Below are positions 48,727 to 61,089 of a DNA stretch of 64,000 nt, piece after piece. Position 1 is the stretch's first letter; each line of letters opens with the position of its first letter. This stretch comes from Neophaeotheca triangularis. Taxonomy: Eukaryota. Under the pieces are notes generated by a model. That model made no database searches. It was not told where the DNA came from and saw only the letters and a list, made by a program, of their open reading frames with translations. The DNA is taken from NCBI GenBank assembly GCA_054600435.1, contig BAAIJX010000013.1, positions 434,001-498,000 of the forward strand, read 5' to 3'. The position numbers and the translations under genes are program-made.

Positions 48727-50707
48727 ATGTCATGGCTAGATTACCTCCAGCGCATGTTCTCCCTGGACACGCTTGACACAAGACTCACCACTTCCACCCG
48801 GTCGTCACCAAAGGACCAGGATCAGGATCAAAATGCAAGTCTCGCAGACTCGAAGTTGCCGGCTCAACAGGTCTTGGGTAAGGCTGGCCAGGCCCAACCT
48901 ATACCGGGAACACAGCCCTCAAAATGGAACACCCCGGAGTTCTACTTTTATTACTTTTGCTTCATTACCATTCCTCCGTTGATGTTCAAAGCCGTCTATG
49001 ATGTCTCTCAACCCAGCCATCCGAGCTATTCGAAGTATGAGCATCTGCTCTCTCCGGGCTGGATACCTGGACGCAAAGTCGACAACTCCGACTCCCAGTA
49101 CGCCACGTTCCGCAACAATTTTCCCTTTCTGGCACTGCTGTTATTCCTACATCCTCTGCTTCGACGAGCGTACAACGCTTTCTGGAGGATCGATTCATAT
49201 ACGGCCGTGAAGCAGAGCAATCAGAATGATCTTACCCAAGGCCTAAGTCTCTCGGCTGCAGCAGATGCGAGGCTCGACGCTCGAGTCAGCTTCGACTTGA
49301 TGTTCGCGAGCGTCTTTCTCTTGGGCCTGAACGGCATTTCAGCGTTCAAAGTGTTGTTTATACTGTACTTGAACTACCAAGTAGCGACTGCGACACCCAA
49401 AGCCTATGTGCCCGTTGCGACTTGGGTCTTCAACATTGGCATACTCTTCGCCAACGAGCTCTGCCATGGATATCGATTCTCAGACGCTTTCGCTTTTATC
49501 ATGCCTAGTCCTAACACTGGGGATAAACCCATCAACTCTGATGACTGGGGTTCCTGGCTGGACAGCTTCGGTGGTCTCAACCCGCGTTGGGAAATTCTCT
49601 TCAATATCACCGTCCTTCGGCTCATAAGCTTCAACTTCGATTACTACTGGAGCCTGGATCAACGAGCAAGCAGCCCGATCGAGGTGAGCTTCAGCCAACC
49701 CATCCACTTTTGCTAAACTTAAATGATCTAATACACTCCAGAAGAAACAACTCGACCCTTCAGCGCTCTCCGAACGCGACCGTGTCAGCATCCCCGCCAA
49801 ACCCCACGCCTACAGCTTCCGCAACTACCTCGCCTACGCCCTCTACTCCCCCCTATACCTAACCGGCCCCATCCTCACCTTCAACGACTACATCTCCCAA
49901 TCCACCTATCCCCTCCCCTCGGCGCGCTCCTCGACCCGCACCCTCCTCTACGGCGCCCGCTTCCTCTTCAGCCTCCTAACCATGGAACTCGTTCTACACC
50001 ACCTCTACGCCGTCGCCATCAGCAAAGCCCACCCGGATTGGTCCCTCTACAGCCCTTTCCAACTCAGCATGCTCGGCTACTTCAACCTGCACATCATCTG
50101 GCTGAAGCTACTCCTCCCCTGGCGCTTCTTCCGCCTCTGGGCGCTAGCCGACAGCCTCGATCCTCCCGAAAACATGGTCCGCTGCATGTCAGACAACTAC
50201 AGCGCGCTGGCCTTCTGGCGCGGCTGGCACCGGAGCTTCAACCGCTGGATCCTCCGCTACATCTACATCCCCCTCGGCGGCAGCGAACACGGCACTTCGC
50301 GCTTCCGGGCCATTGCCAACTTCCTCGCCGTCTTCACCTTCGTCGCCCTCTGGCACGACATCAACCTCCGCCTCCTCGCCTGGGGCTGGCTAATAACCCT
50401 CTTCGTCCTCCCCGAAGTCCTCTGCACTCTCGCTTTCCCGGCACGTAAATGGCGCGATCGCCCGAATGCTTACCGCTGGCTATGCGGCGTCGGAGCCGTG
50501 GGCAACATTCTCATGATGATGGCGGCGAATCTCGTGGGTTTTGCTGTTGGGTTGGATGGGCTAAGGGGTTTGGTCGATGGCATTGTTGGATCTTGGAGCG
50601 GGCGGGGGTTTTTGCTGGCGGCTTGCGCGACGCTTTTTGTAGGCGTGCAGGTTATGTTTGAGCATCGTGAGGGGGAGAAAAGGAGGGGGGTGAATTTGAA
50701 GTTCTAG
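48727..50707 (+). CDS. GUP1: MBOAT O-acyltransferase Gup1
   Basis: LSPGWIPGRKVDNSDSQY..FRNN, RWEILFNITVLRLISFN, KLLLPWRFFRLWA, FWRGWHRSFNRW..YIYIPLGG, VFTFVALWHD; intron 49684-49741. Confidence 0.94.
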
Positions 50708-51043
50708 GGAGGGAAAAGGGAGGGGGGGAAGAGGGGTTTGGTCAAGGGGGCTTTGTATAGTATTGACGTGGTGTAGATTCGTAGCTTTTCGTCTGTGTTT
50801 GCTATCTCAATGTGTTCTGCGCTTGTGTCCTGTCTGCTGCGTTTCGCCTCTTGGTCGCTGGTTGCACACCGTTCACCCCAAAAGAAATCAGGGCCTTGTT
50901 GAATCGGTGCAAAACTTGCCTCACGAGGCGCTTAAAGTCGTCGCAACATACCTGTACCACGATTGGATAGACAAAAGCGAGTCACAAGAAACACCCGTCA
51001 AAACCACAACCAAACCCAACCAGAACCCCTCGCCTCCTTTCCG

Positions 51044-52769
51044 CTAATCCCCCAACCCAAAACTCCTAACCCTAGACCAATAAAACGCGCGATCATTCTT
51101 CAACCCAAACTCACCCCAATCATCCGTCAAGCGATTATAGCTCCAAAACCCCTTCCAGCTCAACTTATTATTCCTGGTCCCTTTACCCGCATGCCCCAGA
51201 CGGAGTTGCAGCTTATACGTATACTTGGAGATGACGCCTTCGGTCTCGATGTGGAGGGTGCCTTCATCTTCTTGTTCTTGTTCTTGTTCTTCTCGTAATG
51301 GTGTTTGGTTGGCGGTGGTCGATTGAGCTTGGCGGCGATGGAGGGAAGCGGGCCCGCTGAGCCGCCAGCGGCCTTTGAGGGCATCTTTCATGACGCTCGA
51401 GGGCATCGCCGTGAGGTGTTGCGTCTGACTGTGGGCAGCGACGTTGGCTTTTGTGAGGTGGTGGACGACGTCGGCGGGCTCGGAAGTGGTGAGCAGCGAG
51501 ATGCAGCTGCCGTCGCGGAAGAAGCGCAGGTAGCGGAAGTAGGTCACAACGTGCACGGGGACGCCCCAGGAGAGCGTGTTGGTGCTCGTGGCGCCTGGTC
51601 GCGTGTAATTTACCGTGCTGATGTAGCAGCCGTTGAAGCGAATGCGCGGGCGAGCGCGGAACATGTGGAGGTATGAGGAATATTGGGTTTGGAGGAGGTG
51701 GGCCGTGGTTGTGGCTAGAGCAATGGAGGGGTCTGGTGGAAGGGGGAGATCAAGGTTATCGTCGGCTTGGAAATCATAGTAAGGGTCGTCGTTGAGGTAT
51801 CGGGCAATTTCGTCGTTGGCTTCGAGCGAAAAACCTTCAATGTCGCAGGTGTAATTGTACTTCATTGCGCCAAAGCCGAATTCACTGCCTAGAGTTACCC
51901 GTCTCCACACGCTTTCCTCGGTCAGTACCAGGTATGCTAGGCGCTTGCAGACTTGAGCCATTCGGACGAAGGCAGCCACATCGTTGACTGCCACCTCGGT
52001 CAGAATATGAGTCAAAATCTCTTCTGGCAGGTCGGCGAATGGAGATGGTTCTTGTGGAGAAGCGTCTGTGGGAGGCTCTTTCGCTTCAATGCGCATGCTG
52101 GAAAAGTCGCCAATCATCTGTTGAAGGCTTTGAGGTAGGCCACCACTACCATGTAAGGAGTGATGGGCAGTATTCGGTACAGCAGGAGCGGCATTGGAAG
52201 GGTTTGGGTTGGATGGTTTGGGTTTGAAAGCAGAAGGAGGAAAGTGTTTCATCTTGTAGGCTTCGTGGACGCCATCGTCAAGCTACAACCTACCTTAGCC
52301 GGGTACACTACGAACGATACGACTGACCTGGGCCAGACGTAGCAAAGGAAGGGCCTACCTTGAAAGCCTTGCGGTAGTGGGCAAGACTGTCACCGAGTTG
52401 GCCGGCTGTTTCCTTATCGACTGCTCGCTCGTAATGCTCGAGGGCTGACGAAGGCTCCCTGAACCGACTTCTGTCAATCTTTTGACTCTCCCCACCCAGT
52501 TTGAGCACTTCTTCCTTGTCCGGCAGGTCATGATAGGCCTTGGGCTCAACTTCGTCTGAGCCATCAATGGCAGGCTCTCTCCGCCGTGCTGTCGACGGTC
52601 CTGTCGCTGTGCTTGACTGTCCATCTTGTCGTCTTTGCTGCCGCCTGATGGGGACTGTCGCGTTGCTTGATGCTGTTTCCGGCTTTTTGTTCCTGGCCTC
52701 GACCTCTTCGCGCCATTGCCGGCGAAAGGCCTCTAGCTCTGCTGCTGTGTCTGGAGCTTGTTCTGCCAT
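51044..52769 (-). CDS. HRT3: F-box protein Hrt3/Pof7 (FBXO9-like)
   Basis: ELEAFRRQWREEV, YERAVDKE..GQLGDSL..YRKAFK|LD, F-box LPEEIL, RPRIRFNGCYIS, VTYFRYLRFFRDG; intron 52283-52358. Confidence 0.9.
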
Positions 52770-53270
52770 GGCAACGACCTGGACGAGTATGAATTCAATG
52801 AATAGAGAGGGACGGGAAGAAGTGAGGGTGAGGAAGCCAAGCAACCAAAAGCGGTCGTGTGTAGTAGGTGGTGTCTAGGCATACATGCTTGTGAGTAGAT
52901 CTCAAAGAATGGAAGATCTGGAGGAAGCGGAAGTAGAGGTGACGTCTGCAGCTCAAACCCGACGCAGCGGTTATAGCCGAGATCGGACGCATCGGAGCTT
53001 AAAGACCTCGAATAATGACGAGGTCGAGACCGCGAATCGAATGGAAAGAAGAAACATACTAGTAGTCACATCTATCTGACACTTATCTCACAGTATACAC
53101 AGCTACCTGGTATCCATCACTTATTACACCTCTGCCCTTTCCCCAACCTCCTCCACCACGGTCTCTCGTACTCTACAATCCTACATTCGAAGCCTCAGCA
53201 AAATTGTCGATAACTACATTCACGAGCTCTTTGCGCAACCGGCGCAATTGAGCAAGGGAGAGGGGGCGAG

Positions 53271-54613
53271 ATGGCGACAACACAATCCCCAGGACAAGCC
53301 CACAACAGAATACCGCCTGGAAATGGCGACCTCGACTCTCCCTCGGCTCCGCGTATTTCGGGCAGCGCACCGACAACGACGGACATATCGATTGGGCAGA
53401 AGATGCTATCCGCAGTGTCCGGCAGCATCCTGACATCGTTGCTCGGTAAGAAACGGACAACAGCAGACAAGGGTCTCAAGAGAACATATACTGAGACTAT
53501 GCCACAGTCACCCCCTTGGATGTCGTCCGCGTACGGCTACAAGCGCAGCAGGGTCCGTCTCCCAGTACCCGTCTCCCCTCCTTCATTCAACTCCCCCCGA
53601 ACCTAGGTGTGAGCGCGTGCTGCAGAGAAGTCTTCTGGGTGCAGAACCAGTCCCAGTTCTGCGTCGCGTCCCCTCCCAGCACCGCCGTCATGGATGAGAT
53701 GATCATCTCTGACTGTGCGGCAGAGGAGTCCCAACGGCGCACCTTTAACTCCACCCTCGACGGCCTGCGCAAAATCTCCCGCAACGAAGGCATCCTCACG
53801 CTTTGGAGGGGTCTCAGCCCAACTCTCGCCATGGCCGTGCCCGCCAATGTCATCTACTTCGCCGGCTACGACTGGCTCCGCACCAGCCAGCTCTCCCCAA
53901 TGGCCAACCGCGTCAGTGACACCTACGCCCCGCTCGTCGCAGGCTCCACCGCCCGCGTCGGCGCCGCAATCTGCGTCTCCCCGATCGAAATGCTGCGAAC
54001 ACGCATGCAAGCCTCCTCCGCAGGCGAAGGCGGCGTGCTGCGCGCCACAATCGGCGGCCTCCGCGAAATGGTCAGCAACGAAGGCTACCGCTCTCTCTGG
54101 CGCGGGCTAAGTCTTACCCTCTGGCGCGACGTCCCCTTCTCCGCTTTCTACTGGTGGGGCTACGAATACGGGCGCGACCGCTTACACCAAGCGCGCGAAA
54201 ACGCTCGTCCGCACGACCCCTCGAACCCTGCACGCTCGCGCTCTCGCTCCGACCTCTCCCACCGCGCCGTCCTCATCGACTCCTTCATCGCCGGCGCAAG
54301 CTCCGGCGCCATCGCCGCTCTAACCACCACCCCCTTCGACGTGGGAAAAACCCGGCAACAGACCATCCTCCACTCGAGAGAGGGCGCGCAAATGAGCGCC
54401 GAGCAATTACGAAACCTTCCCGAGAACCGCACGATGCCGCGTTTCCTGTTGCACATTTTCCAGACGGAGGGGTTGGGCGGCTTGTTCAAAGGCTGGGCGG
54501 CGCGGTGTCTGAAGGTCGCGCCCGCGTGCGCGATCATGATCAGTAGTTATGAGATTGGCAAGAAGATGGCCAGTCGGGCGAATGAGGGGAAGGCTGTTGC
54601 GGAGCAGGATTGA
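53271..54613 (+). CDS. MTM1: Mitochondrial carrier Mtm1 (SLC25A39/40 family)
   Basis: QKMLSAVSGSILTSLL|VTPLDVVRVRLQ, CCREVF loop, LWRGLSPTL, RDVPFSAFYW, APACAIMISSYE; intron 53446-53507. Confidence 0.92.
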
Positions 54614-55446
54614 ATTACGTTGGTGCATGATTTGGGTGTTTTATAATGAGAGCGGGCGGCGTGCCCTTGTTGCGAGCCTGCGAGCATAGCGTGGCGTTTT
54701 ACTTGGAGCATTGAGAGGGCCATAGATCGGCGCTGGCGTCTTGGACAAAAGAGGCGGATGTGACTGAGAATGGCGTGGTTCGCGCTTGCACACTTCTTGT
54801 TTATACCCAACTATTACTGTATACTATTGTCTAAAAGTCTCGACATGGAGCTCACCCCCGATGGCATAGTGTCGAGTACCTACTTCAGCGGTAAACGACA
54901 AGATCAATGAAGAACTCAACATTTGCACGTCGAGTGGCGGTACTACGAACGCGAGTAGGTGCCACACGCTTTTTGTACAGCCACCTGCCAAAAGCAGCAT
55001 CACCGAGCTCAGAATCCATTCAAGCACAGGTCTCATTCTCCATGGGATTTGTGGTAGTACCGCGCCTGTGCCGCGTCGTCGACACCACAGCGGTACCCGA
55101 AAGCTTTCAGTCACATACATCTCGCATCTGTCTTGTAGTAGAGTCAGCGAACGCTCAACTTCAGCCTTTTGATTTTTTCGTCTTGATAGTAGAGGTAACT
55201 TTCAGAGGATTGGCTTTGTAGGAATACATAATCACATTAAGCAGCTTGCGCTGCCAACTTAGATCATAGGCAAAATAGAGAAAATATACAATTCATCATT
55301 GCAGCGGGTGGGTGTGGTAACGGTGGAGGGAGGGCTTACTCTTGGGTGGTAAGTACTGTTTTCTTGGAGTTACCGGTGTATAGTCTGCCGATAGACGGTC
55401 GGGCGCTTGAGGGAGGAAGTAGGTTCGGAAGCCGGGAGGGTTGGGT

Positions 55447-56250
55447 TCAGGTTGCACTGCGGAGTAAGCTTTGGCCTTTTTCGCGCAGCTCTGCGACGCC
55501 TTTGACGTTATCCCATTTGTCCAGCAAGGTCGACACATCCTCCCACTCGGCTTCAGCATCCGCTTTGCGACCTTCAGCGAGCATCTTCCTCATCCTCTCG
55601 GGCGTGTCGAGTACCCATCGGACCGTCTGTTGCTGGTTCCGCTTTTCGGCGGCAGCAGCAGAGCCATCTTCAGCTCCATCAGAAGAGAGTCGACTGTTTT
55701 GCAAGTCTTTGGAAAGGCCCACGGCAACCTCGGCGATATGCCCAATAGCCGGCTCAAGCGTGGCAGTCGTCGGCGTCAAGGGATCCATGTTCGTGCGCAT
55801 CTTCCGAATCGTCTCGGTAGCGGCGATGAGCTTGGAATAGTTGTCATAGACCAGAGCCTTGCGCTCGCCATCGAGACCTCTAATCTCGGCCACAAGAGCT
55901 GCTTCGGCGCGAAGAATGCCTTCCAAGCTTTCGGTCGAGAGGAGCTTGTGGACGTGGGCTTGAGGGTCGAAACCTTCCTTGTCTAGCTCGCTTTCCTTTT
56001 CGACTTCTACTGCTGGTGCAGTCGCTGCAACAGGCGCAGCATCTTGGTTTGATGCCGCTGCATTGGCTTTCAGACCATAATAGTCGCGTAGGGCGGCGCG
56101 GTTGCGGCGAAGATTGCCTGTTGCTGGCCCCGGGCCTAACCCTGCGGCTCGTGTGGTTGAGACTGAGCGCCGAGCAGTTTCCTCGGTGGATACTGAGGTG
56201 CGTCTCGAGGAGAGGCTGACCGAGGGTCGTGGTGATGCTATTGTAGACAT
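55447..56250 (-). CDS. VPS51: GARP complex subunit Vps51
   Basis: RAALRDYYGL and ELDKEGFDP..EIRGLDGERKALVYDNYSKLIAATETIRKM. Confidence 0.88.
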   Translation of the reverse strand: MSTIASPRPSVSLSSRRTSVSTEETARRSVSTTRAAGLGPGPATGNLRRNRAALRDYYGLKANAAASNQDAAPVAATAPAVEVEKESELDKEGFDPQAHVHKLLSTESLEGILRAEAALVAEIRGLDGERKALVYDNYSKLIAATETIRKMRTNMDPLTPTTATLEPAIGHIAEVAVGLSKDLQNSRLSSDGAEDGSAAAAEKRNQQQTVRWVLDTPERMRKMLAEGRKADAEAEWEDVSTLLDKWDNVKGVAELREKGQSLLRSAT

Positions 56251-56521
56251 GTTTCAATGGGAGAAGAGGAAAATATTTGTACGAGGGAGTGTGTGGTGGA
56301 GCTTCTAGGGCTTCAAGCCGAGATTGGCCCGCAATGTCGCGCAAGCCCAAAAGTAACCACAACCCTTGCCCGATTCCGATATCAACCGGCAACAACATCC
56401 AATGTGAACGCAAAGGAATTCAGGTACGAAAGAGAGTGGCTTTGATGATGAGCTCGTGCACGTGTAAACTACAATCTGCACCACTTGCGTTACTGTGACA
56501 ACCCAACGACCGTAGGTCAAC

Positions 56522-57229
56522 ATGCCTTCAACCACAGCCTCTGGCGTCGAGCTTTCTCAGAATATATCAGAGTACCTACGATCGAGAGGCGTACCTCCCA
56601 CCCAGGCCTGGCTATCTTCCTTTCTTCCCACCACCCGGACAAACACAGCTCTCCCAGCACTCCAACGTACAGCACTCTTCCGCCTACTTGCCACCGACCT
56701 CACCGCTTCAATCCAGACAACACCATCCAGCGCCTTCCCAACCAATTTAACCTCACCGGAAACCCGCCAGCAGCACTTGCCCGGCCCCATACCCGTTCAG
56801 ATCCTAGACATCGAAGACATAGGCCGCAGCCGCTGGAGCCAGGTCGAAGCCCTCGAAGCCATCGAACGCGGCGAAACGACAAAAGGCCGTGAAGTGATCC
56901 GCGTGCTACCAGAGGAGAACAACGCCTCTTCTGAAGCTACGCGAGCTACGGCTACGGCATCGAATGGGCCGCACAAGCTACTACTCCAGGATGCCGAGGG
57001 GACGAAGGTCTTTGCAATGGAGATGAGTGCGATCAAGGGAGTGGATGTGAGCATGGCTATTGGAGCGAAGTTGGTGTTGCGGAACGTGACTGTTGCGAGG
57101 GGGCTGTTGTTGCTCGAGCCTGCTGGTGTGGATGTTTTGGGTGGCAAGGTCGAGGTTTGGGATCAGAAGTGGCGAGAGGAGAGGAAAGGGTTGCTGAAGG
57201 AGAAGGCTGGGATGAGCGTTGACACCTGA
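56522..57229 (+). CDS. RMI1: RecQ-mediated genome instability protein 1 (N-terminal OB fold)
   Basis: LLATDL, LPGPIPVQILDIEDIG, HKLLLQD..GTKVFAME, IGAKLVL, RGLLLLEP..VDVLGGKV. Confidence 0.87.
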   Translation: MPSTTASGVELSQNISEYLRSRGVPPTQAWLSSFLPTTRTNTALPALQRTALFRLLATDLTASIQTTPSSAFPTNLTSPETRQQHLPGPIPVQILDIEDIGRSRWSQVEALEAIERGETTKGREVIRVLPEENNASSEATRATATASNGPHKLLLQDAEGTKVFAMEMSAIKGVDVSMAIGAKLVLRNVTVARGLLLLEPAGVDVLGGKVEVWDQKWREERKGLLKEKAGMSVDT

Positions 57230-59292
57230 GACATGTTGGTGTTCTCGTTGTCGCTACTCTTGGGACATGGAAAGCGCCATCGGCTCTCGCCGGCCTGTTC
57301 GACTTCCACGCCTTTCGCGACCTCCGAAAATCAATCACGACTCAAGAACTTTCGACTGCCGGAAGCTTTCTAGGATCAGCCCTACGTTGATAGTGGCTTG
57401 CCAGTTCTCTACACCACCGATGCCTGGTCAGGACATTCACAAGAAGCGTTCGCAAGACAATTGGGCATCCCCTGCTCGTGACTCGAAGGCCATACCTTCA
57501 GGGCCCGACTGATCAAAGTGTTGTCGTTGGATGATTCTGACGGAGCCGATTCGACTCGACTCAACTCGACGGGGACACTTGTGACCGCAACACGCCATAT
57601 TTTGGGCATCTCGATACCATTCGTTTGTCGCCATGCGACTATTTCAGCGTCGACAAGGGTAGCTCCAGGCCAGCGTTCGGAGGACGGGGAAACGTCCGAT
57701 CAGAAACCGCTTGGCGAGAATCATTGTGTGAATTTTCGACCAGCCACCAATGCCACCATTTCTACATGCAGCGCACAACTTCGGTACTTTGTTAGCAGTA
57801 TTGTTCTCACATGGCTGACCATAGGTTTCGTAGATTATGATGTGCTCTGCTGCTCCCGTCTGCTCAGAGCACAGTGCCTTGCCGGCCGCTTAACCGAAAA
57901 GCCAAGAGGAGGTGGGGTTGTGCACACCTTCTGCTCAGCCTTATGCCGGGTAGGCGTTTGTGGGACCTCGACATCACCTCATCATCAGCCGATTACTGAT
58001 CATGGCGAACTTTTTTTCCCCCATGCCATTCTTTTCTCTCGCAGGCCGAATCATGGCCGACGACGTCTTACCCGTCTACACATCCCGGTCAAGCCAACTT
58101 GTAAGTTACTCGTACCTCGGCGTGACTCTGAGGGAGCCTGAAGTCGCGCAAAGAGTCCATCAAATCGATGACTCACAAAAGCATGGATGAGTTAGAATGC
58201 GATGACAGCGGCGCGCGTAGCTTTTTGCCGTTTATGCTGGTGGTGCTGTTGTGCTATGCTGAAGATGTGCTACTGCTGACCGCTTGCCATTTCCGTCCTC
58301 TGATGGGTTGGCCTATGCTCCTTGTACACCTATACCATATACGGCATGCCGCACCACGACTTCGGGGTGCTCGGTGTCGCTCTCCCGTGTAGCTACGCGG
58401 AACCGGGTCTTTGTAGACCACGGCAAATTTGTTTATGATTCGGCCGACCACACGAAGTTTTTGTTGCGGAAATGCGCCGACCATTGCCGATTGACTGCCG
58501 CCCTTGCCTTCTCCGCCCCTCTTCGACGGAAATCTGCGATGGAACTCGGATGCTACTGGGCAGGACTAACCTCCGTCGGCAGGCCAGTCTTCGTCAGTCT
58601 GTTGACATAGGTCTGCAACTTGAGCAATGTATCGCCTCAGCTGACACCCACCCGGATGTCGGCGGAAATAAGCACAACGCACACCTGCACGGATGACAGT
58701 TTCAAAATGGCATAAGCATCCAGAAGTCGGTAGTAGCCGTCGCACTTGACACCGTAGATGTACAGCGGGTACCGACGGGAGCGGCAGGTACGGAAGCTGA
58801 TCCTTGCCACGCTGAAGTCATCAAAAGCTCAGAGCTAGTGGTGATCATGGAACTGTGTTACCGAACAACATGCATTTTCTGACGTCCGCCTTCCATTATT
58901 ACCAATCGGCGCGCGAGGTCGCTTTCTCCTTCGCGAGAGAGTATGGAGCCTCACCCGATCGCGCGTGATCGCGCGCTGCGACAGGCTCTCATAACACTGC
59001 AAATGGCTCCGGAATGCCTTCTTAACACCGAGTATGCTGCGATCACGGATCTTACTGCCTTATACTTGCATCAGATGAGGTTGTAGACTTTTCTTCGCGT
59101 TCTTCTCATCTTTTCTTACATCTTGTTTTCTTTCAAGTCTTCTCTAGGCCATCACTTTCGCGTTCAAGCGTTTTCTCGCGGTGTCGCGCATATCTTTCCA
59201 CCCATCTTACTCCTTACACGGATCTCACAATCTAAGTGATCTACTACTGATCGCAACTTTGGGAACACAAACACCGATCGACCAGACAACCC

Positions 59293-61089
59293 ATGCAGAC
59301 GAATCGAGTTCTCTTAGCAAGCACCGCAGCGCTTCTAGCCGGAAGCCTGCCACTTGTGACTGGACACGGCGACGGTCACATGGATATGGGTGCAAAGGTA
59401 GCGAGCAATAGTAGCACAGCCATGGAGCAAAGTCCGCCTAGTTACTTCAGAGACAGCGGCTACCCGGGATGGATGCTGGCGCATATTGCCCTCATGGTCG
59501 TTGCTTGGGTGGCTATCCTACCAGTTGTGATTATGCTGAGCGTTGCGCGTTCACGGTATAGCTTGCCAGGCCAGGTTGTTTTCCACACCTTCAACGGCCT
59601 CGGTGTTTTTACCGGTTCAGTTTATAACCATGCGACACCGGACTTATACGAGAAAAATGCGCATCATCCTATCGGCTGGGTCGTCTCGGCTTTGACTGTG
59701 GTTTGGACGTCGCTTGCGATTGCCAATGCCTACGTTCAACGCAGGAACGGCTCAGCGCACGATGCACCCCCAAAGTCCTCAATGACTTCCGATAACCTGG
59801 CGCACCATAATGGGTTCAAGGAGTACAGCGATCAGGATGCATGTCGGCTCTCCCGCGACTCTGGTCAGGGCACAGAGCGTAACTCTGCCTCTCTCTTCTC
59901 ATCGCGCCAGAACAGCTCAGACTCGATACCCAAGAAGGAAAACCGACGCCTGTACGCCGACGATGAAGAGCACGAGAAATACCATAGCGACGAGGACAGC
60001 GAACAACAAGGCTTCCTGAGCAACGACAGAGCCGACCGCTACATGCCCCGCAAGCTAAAGAGTACGACCACTCCACGCGCCTCCAGCATTCTACGCATCA
60101 GCCACACCTTCCTAGAAAAGACCCTCCTTGTTCTCGGCTTCTTAGCCATTGCAACCGGCGCAGTGACCTACGGCGGCCTCTTCCGGGAGCGCCGTGTCTT
60201 CGCAGGCCTCGCGCACTTCGTCAAAGGCGGCATCTTCTTCTGGTACGGGCTACTAACACTGGGCCGCTGGATGGGCGCCTTCACTGAATATGGATGGGCC
60301 TGGAACGTGCGACCCCAATACCCGCTCGTCTCCCGCCTAGCCTACCGCATGCCCTCAGCCGAATTTGTCGAATCCTTCGTCATCTGGCTCTATGGCGCCA
60401 GCAACGTGTTCCTCGAGCACCTCAACGGCAAACACTGGAACCCCATGGACTTCGAACACATCAGCATCACCATCCTCTTCTTCGGCGGCGGCCTGCTGGG
60501 CATGCTAGTCGAATCCACCCGCGTGCGCGACCTCCTCAACACCAGCGCGCTCGAGACCAAGCACAAAGCCGGAAGCTCCCCCAACACCGACCTCGAAACC
60601 GCAACACCCGCTCTCTGGACCGAGCCACGCAATTACTCAACCCCACTAAACCCCCTCCCAGCCCTGGTAATCCTGATTCTAGGCCTCATGATGTCCTCTC
60701 ACCACCAATCCTCGCACGTCTCAACCATGATGCACGCCCAATGGGGCAACCTGTTCATCGGCTTCGCCTTGACGCGCTGTCTCACTTACATATTGCTGTA
60801 CCTTTCGCCACCGGCCTCGCATTTGCCGGCTCGTCCGCCCACGGAGCTTCTCGCGGCTTTTTGTCTTAGTAGCGGAGGTCTGGTTTTCATGGGCAGTGCG
60901 CCGGATACTGTTGCCGCGGTTGAGGGCAATGGGTTGGATGAGATGTTTGTTTTTACTGTGGTCATGGGGGTCACGGCGGTGGTTTTGGCGTGGGAGGTGG
61001 CGGTTTTTGCTGTCGGAGGATGGGCTGTTAGGAGGGAGAAGAGGGGGATTGCTGGGGTGAGAGGTGGAGAGAGAGGTTTGGTGGATTGA
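59293..61089 (+). CDS. Multi-pass membrane protein, YTP1/DUF2427 family
   Basis: Signal peptide, TPDLYEKNAHH, LAHFVKGGIFFWYG, NVFLEHL, MMSSHHQ..STMMHAQWG, SRPPTEL-like RPPTEL; many hydrophobic segments. Confidence 0.85.
   Translation: MQTNRVLLASTAALLAGSLPLVTGHGDGHMDMGAKVASNSSTAMEQSPPSYFRDSGYPGWMLAHIALMVVAWVAILPVVIMLSVARSRYSLPGQVVFHTFNGLGVFTGSVYNHATPDLYEKNAHHPIGWVVSALTVVWTSLAIANAYVQRRNGSAHDAPPKSSMTSDNLAHHNGFKEYSDQDACRLSRDSGQGTERNSASLFSSRQNSSDSIPKKENRRLYADDEEHEKYHSDEDSEQQGFLSNDRADRYMPRKLKSTTTPRASSILRISHTFLEKTLLVLGFLAIATGAVTYGGLFRERRVFAGLAHFVKGGIFFWYGLLTLGRWMGAFTEYGWAWNVRPQYPLVSRLAYRMPSAEFVESFVIWLYGASNVFLEHLNGKHWNPMDFEHISITILFFGGGLLGMLVESTRVRDLLNTSALETKHKAGSSPNTDLETATPALWTEPRNYSTPLNPLPALVILILGLMMSSHHQSSHVSTMMHAQWGNLFIGFALTRCLTYILLYLSPPASHLPARPPTELLAAFCLSSGGLVFMGSAPDTVAAVEGNGLDEMFVFTVVMGVTAVVLAWEVAVFAVGGWAVRREKRGIAGVRGGERGLVD

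Noticed and set aside
39591..54613. Two iron-related mitochondrial carriers as a functional cluster
   Set aside because: They are 12 kb apart with unrelated genes between; carriers are a large family.
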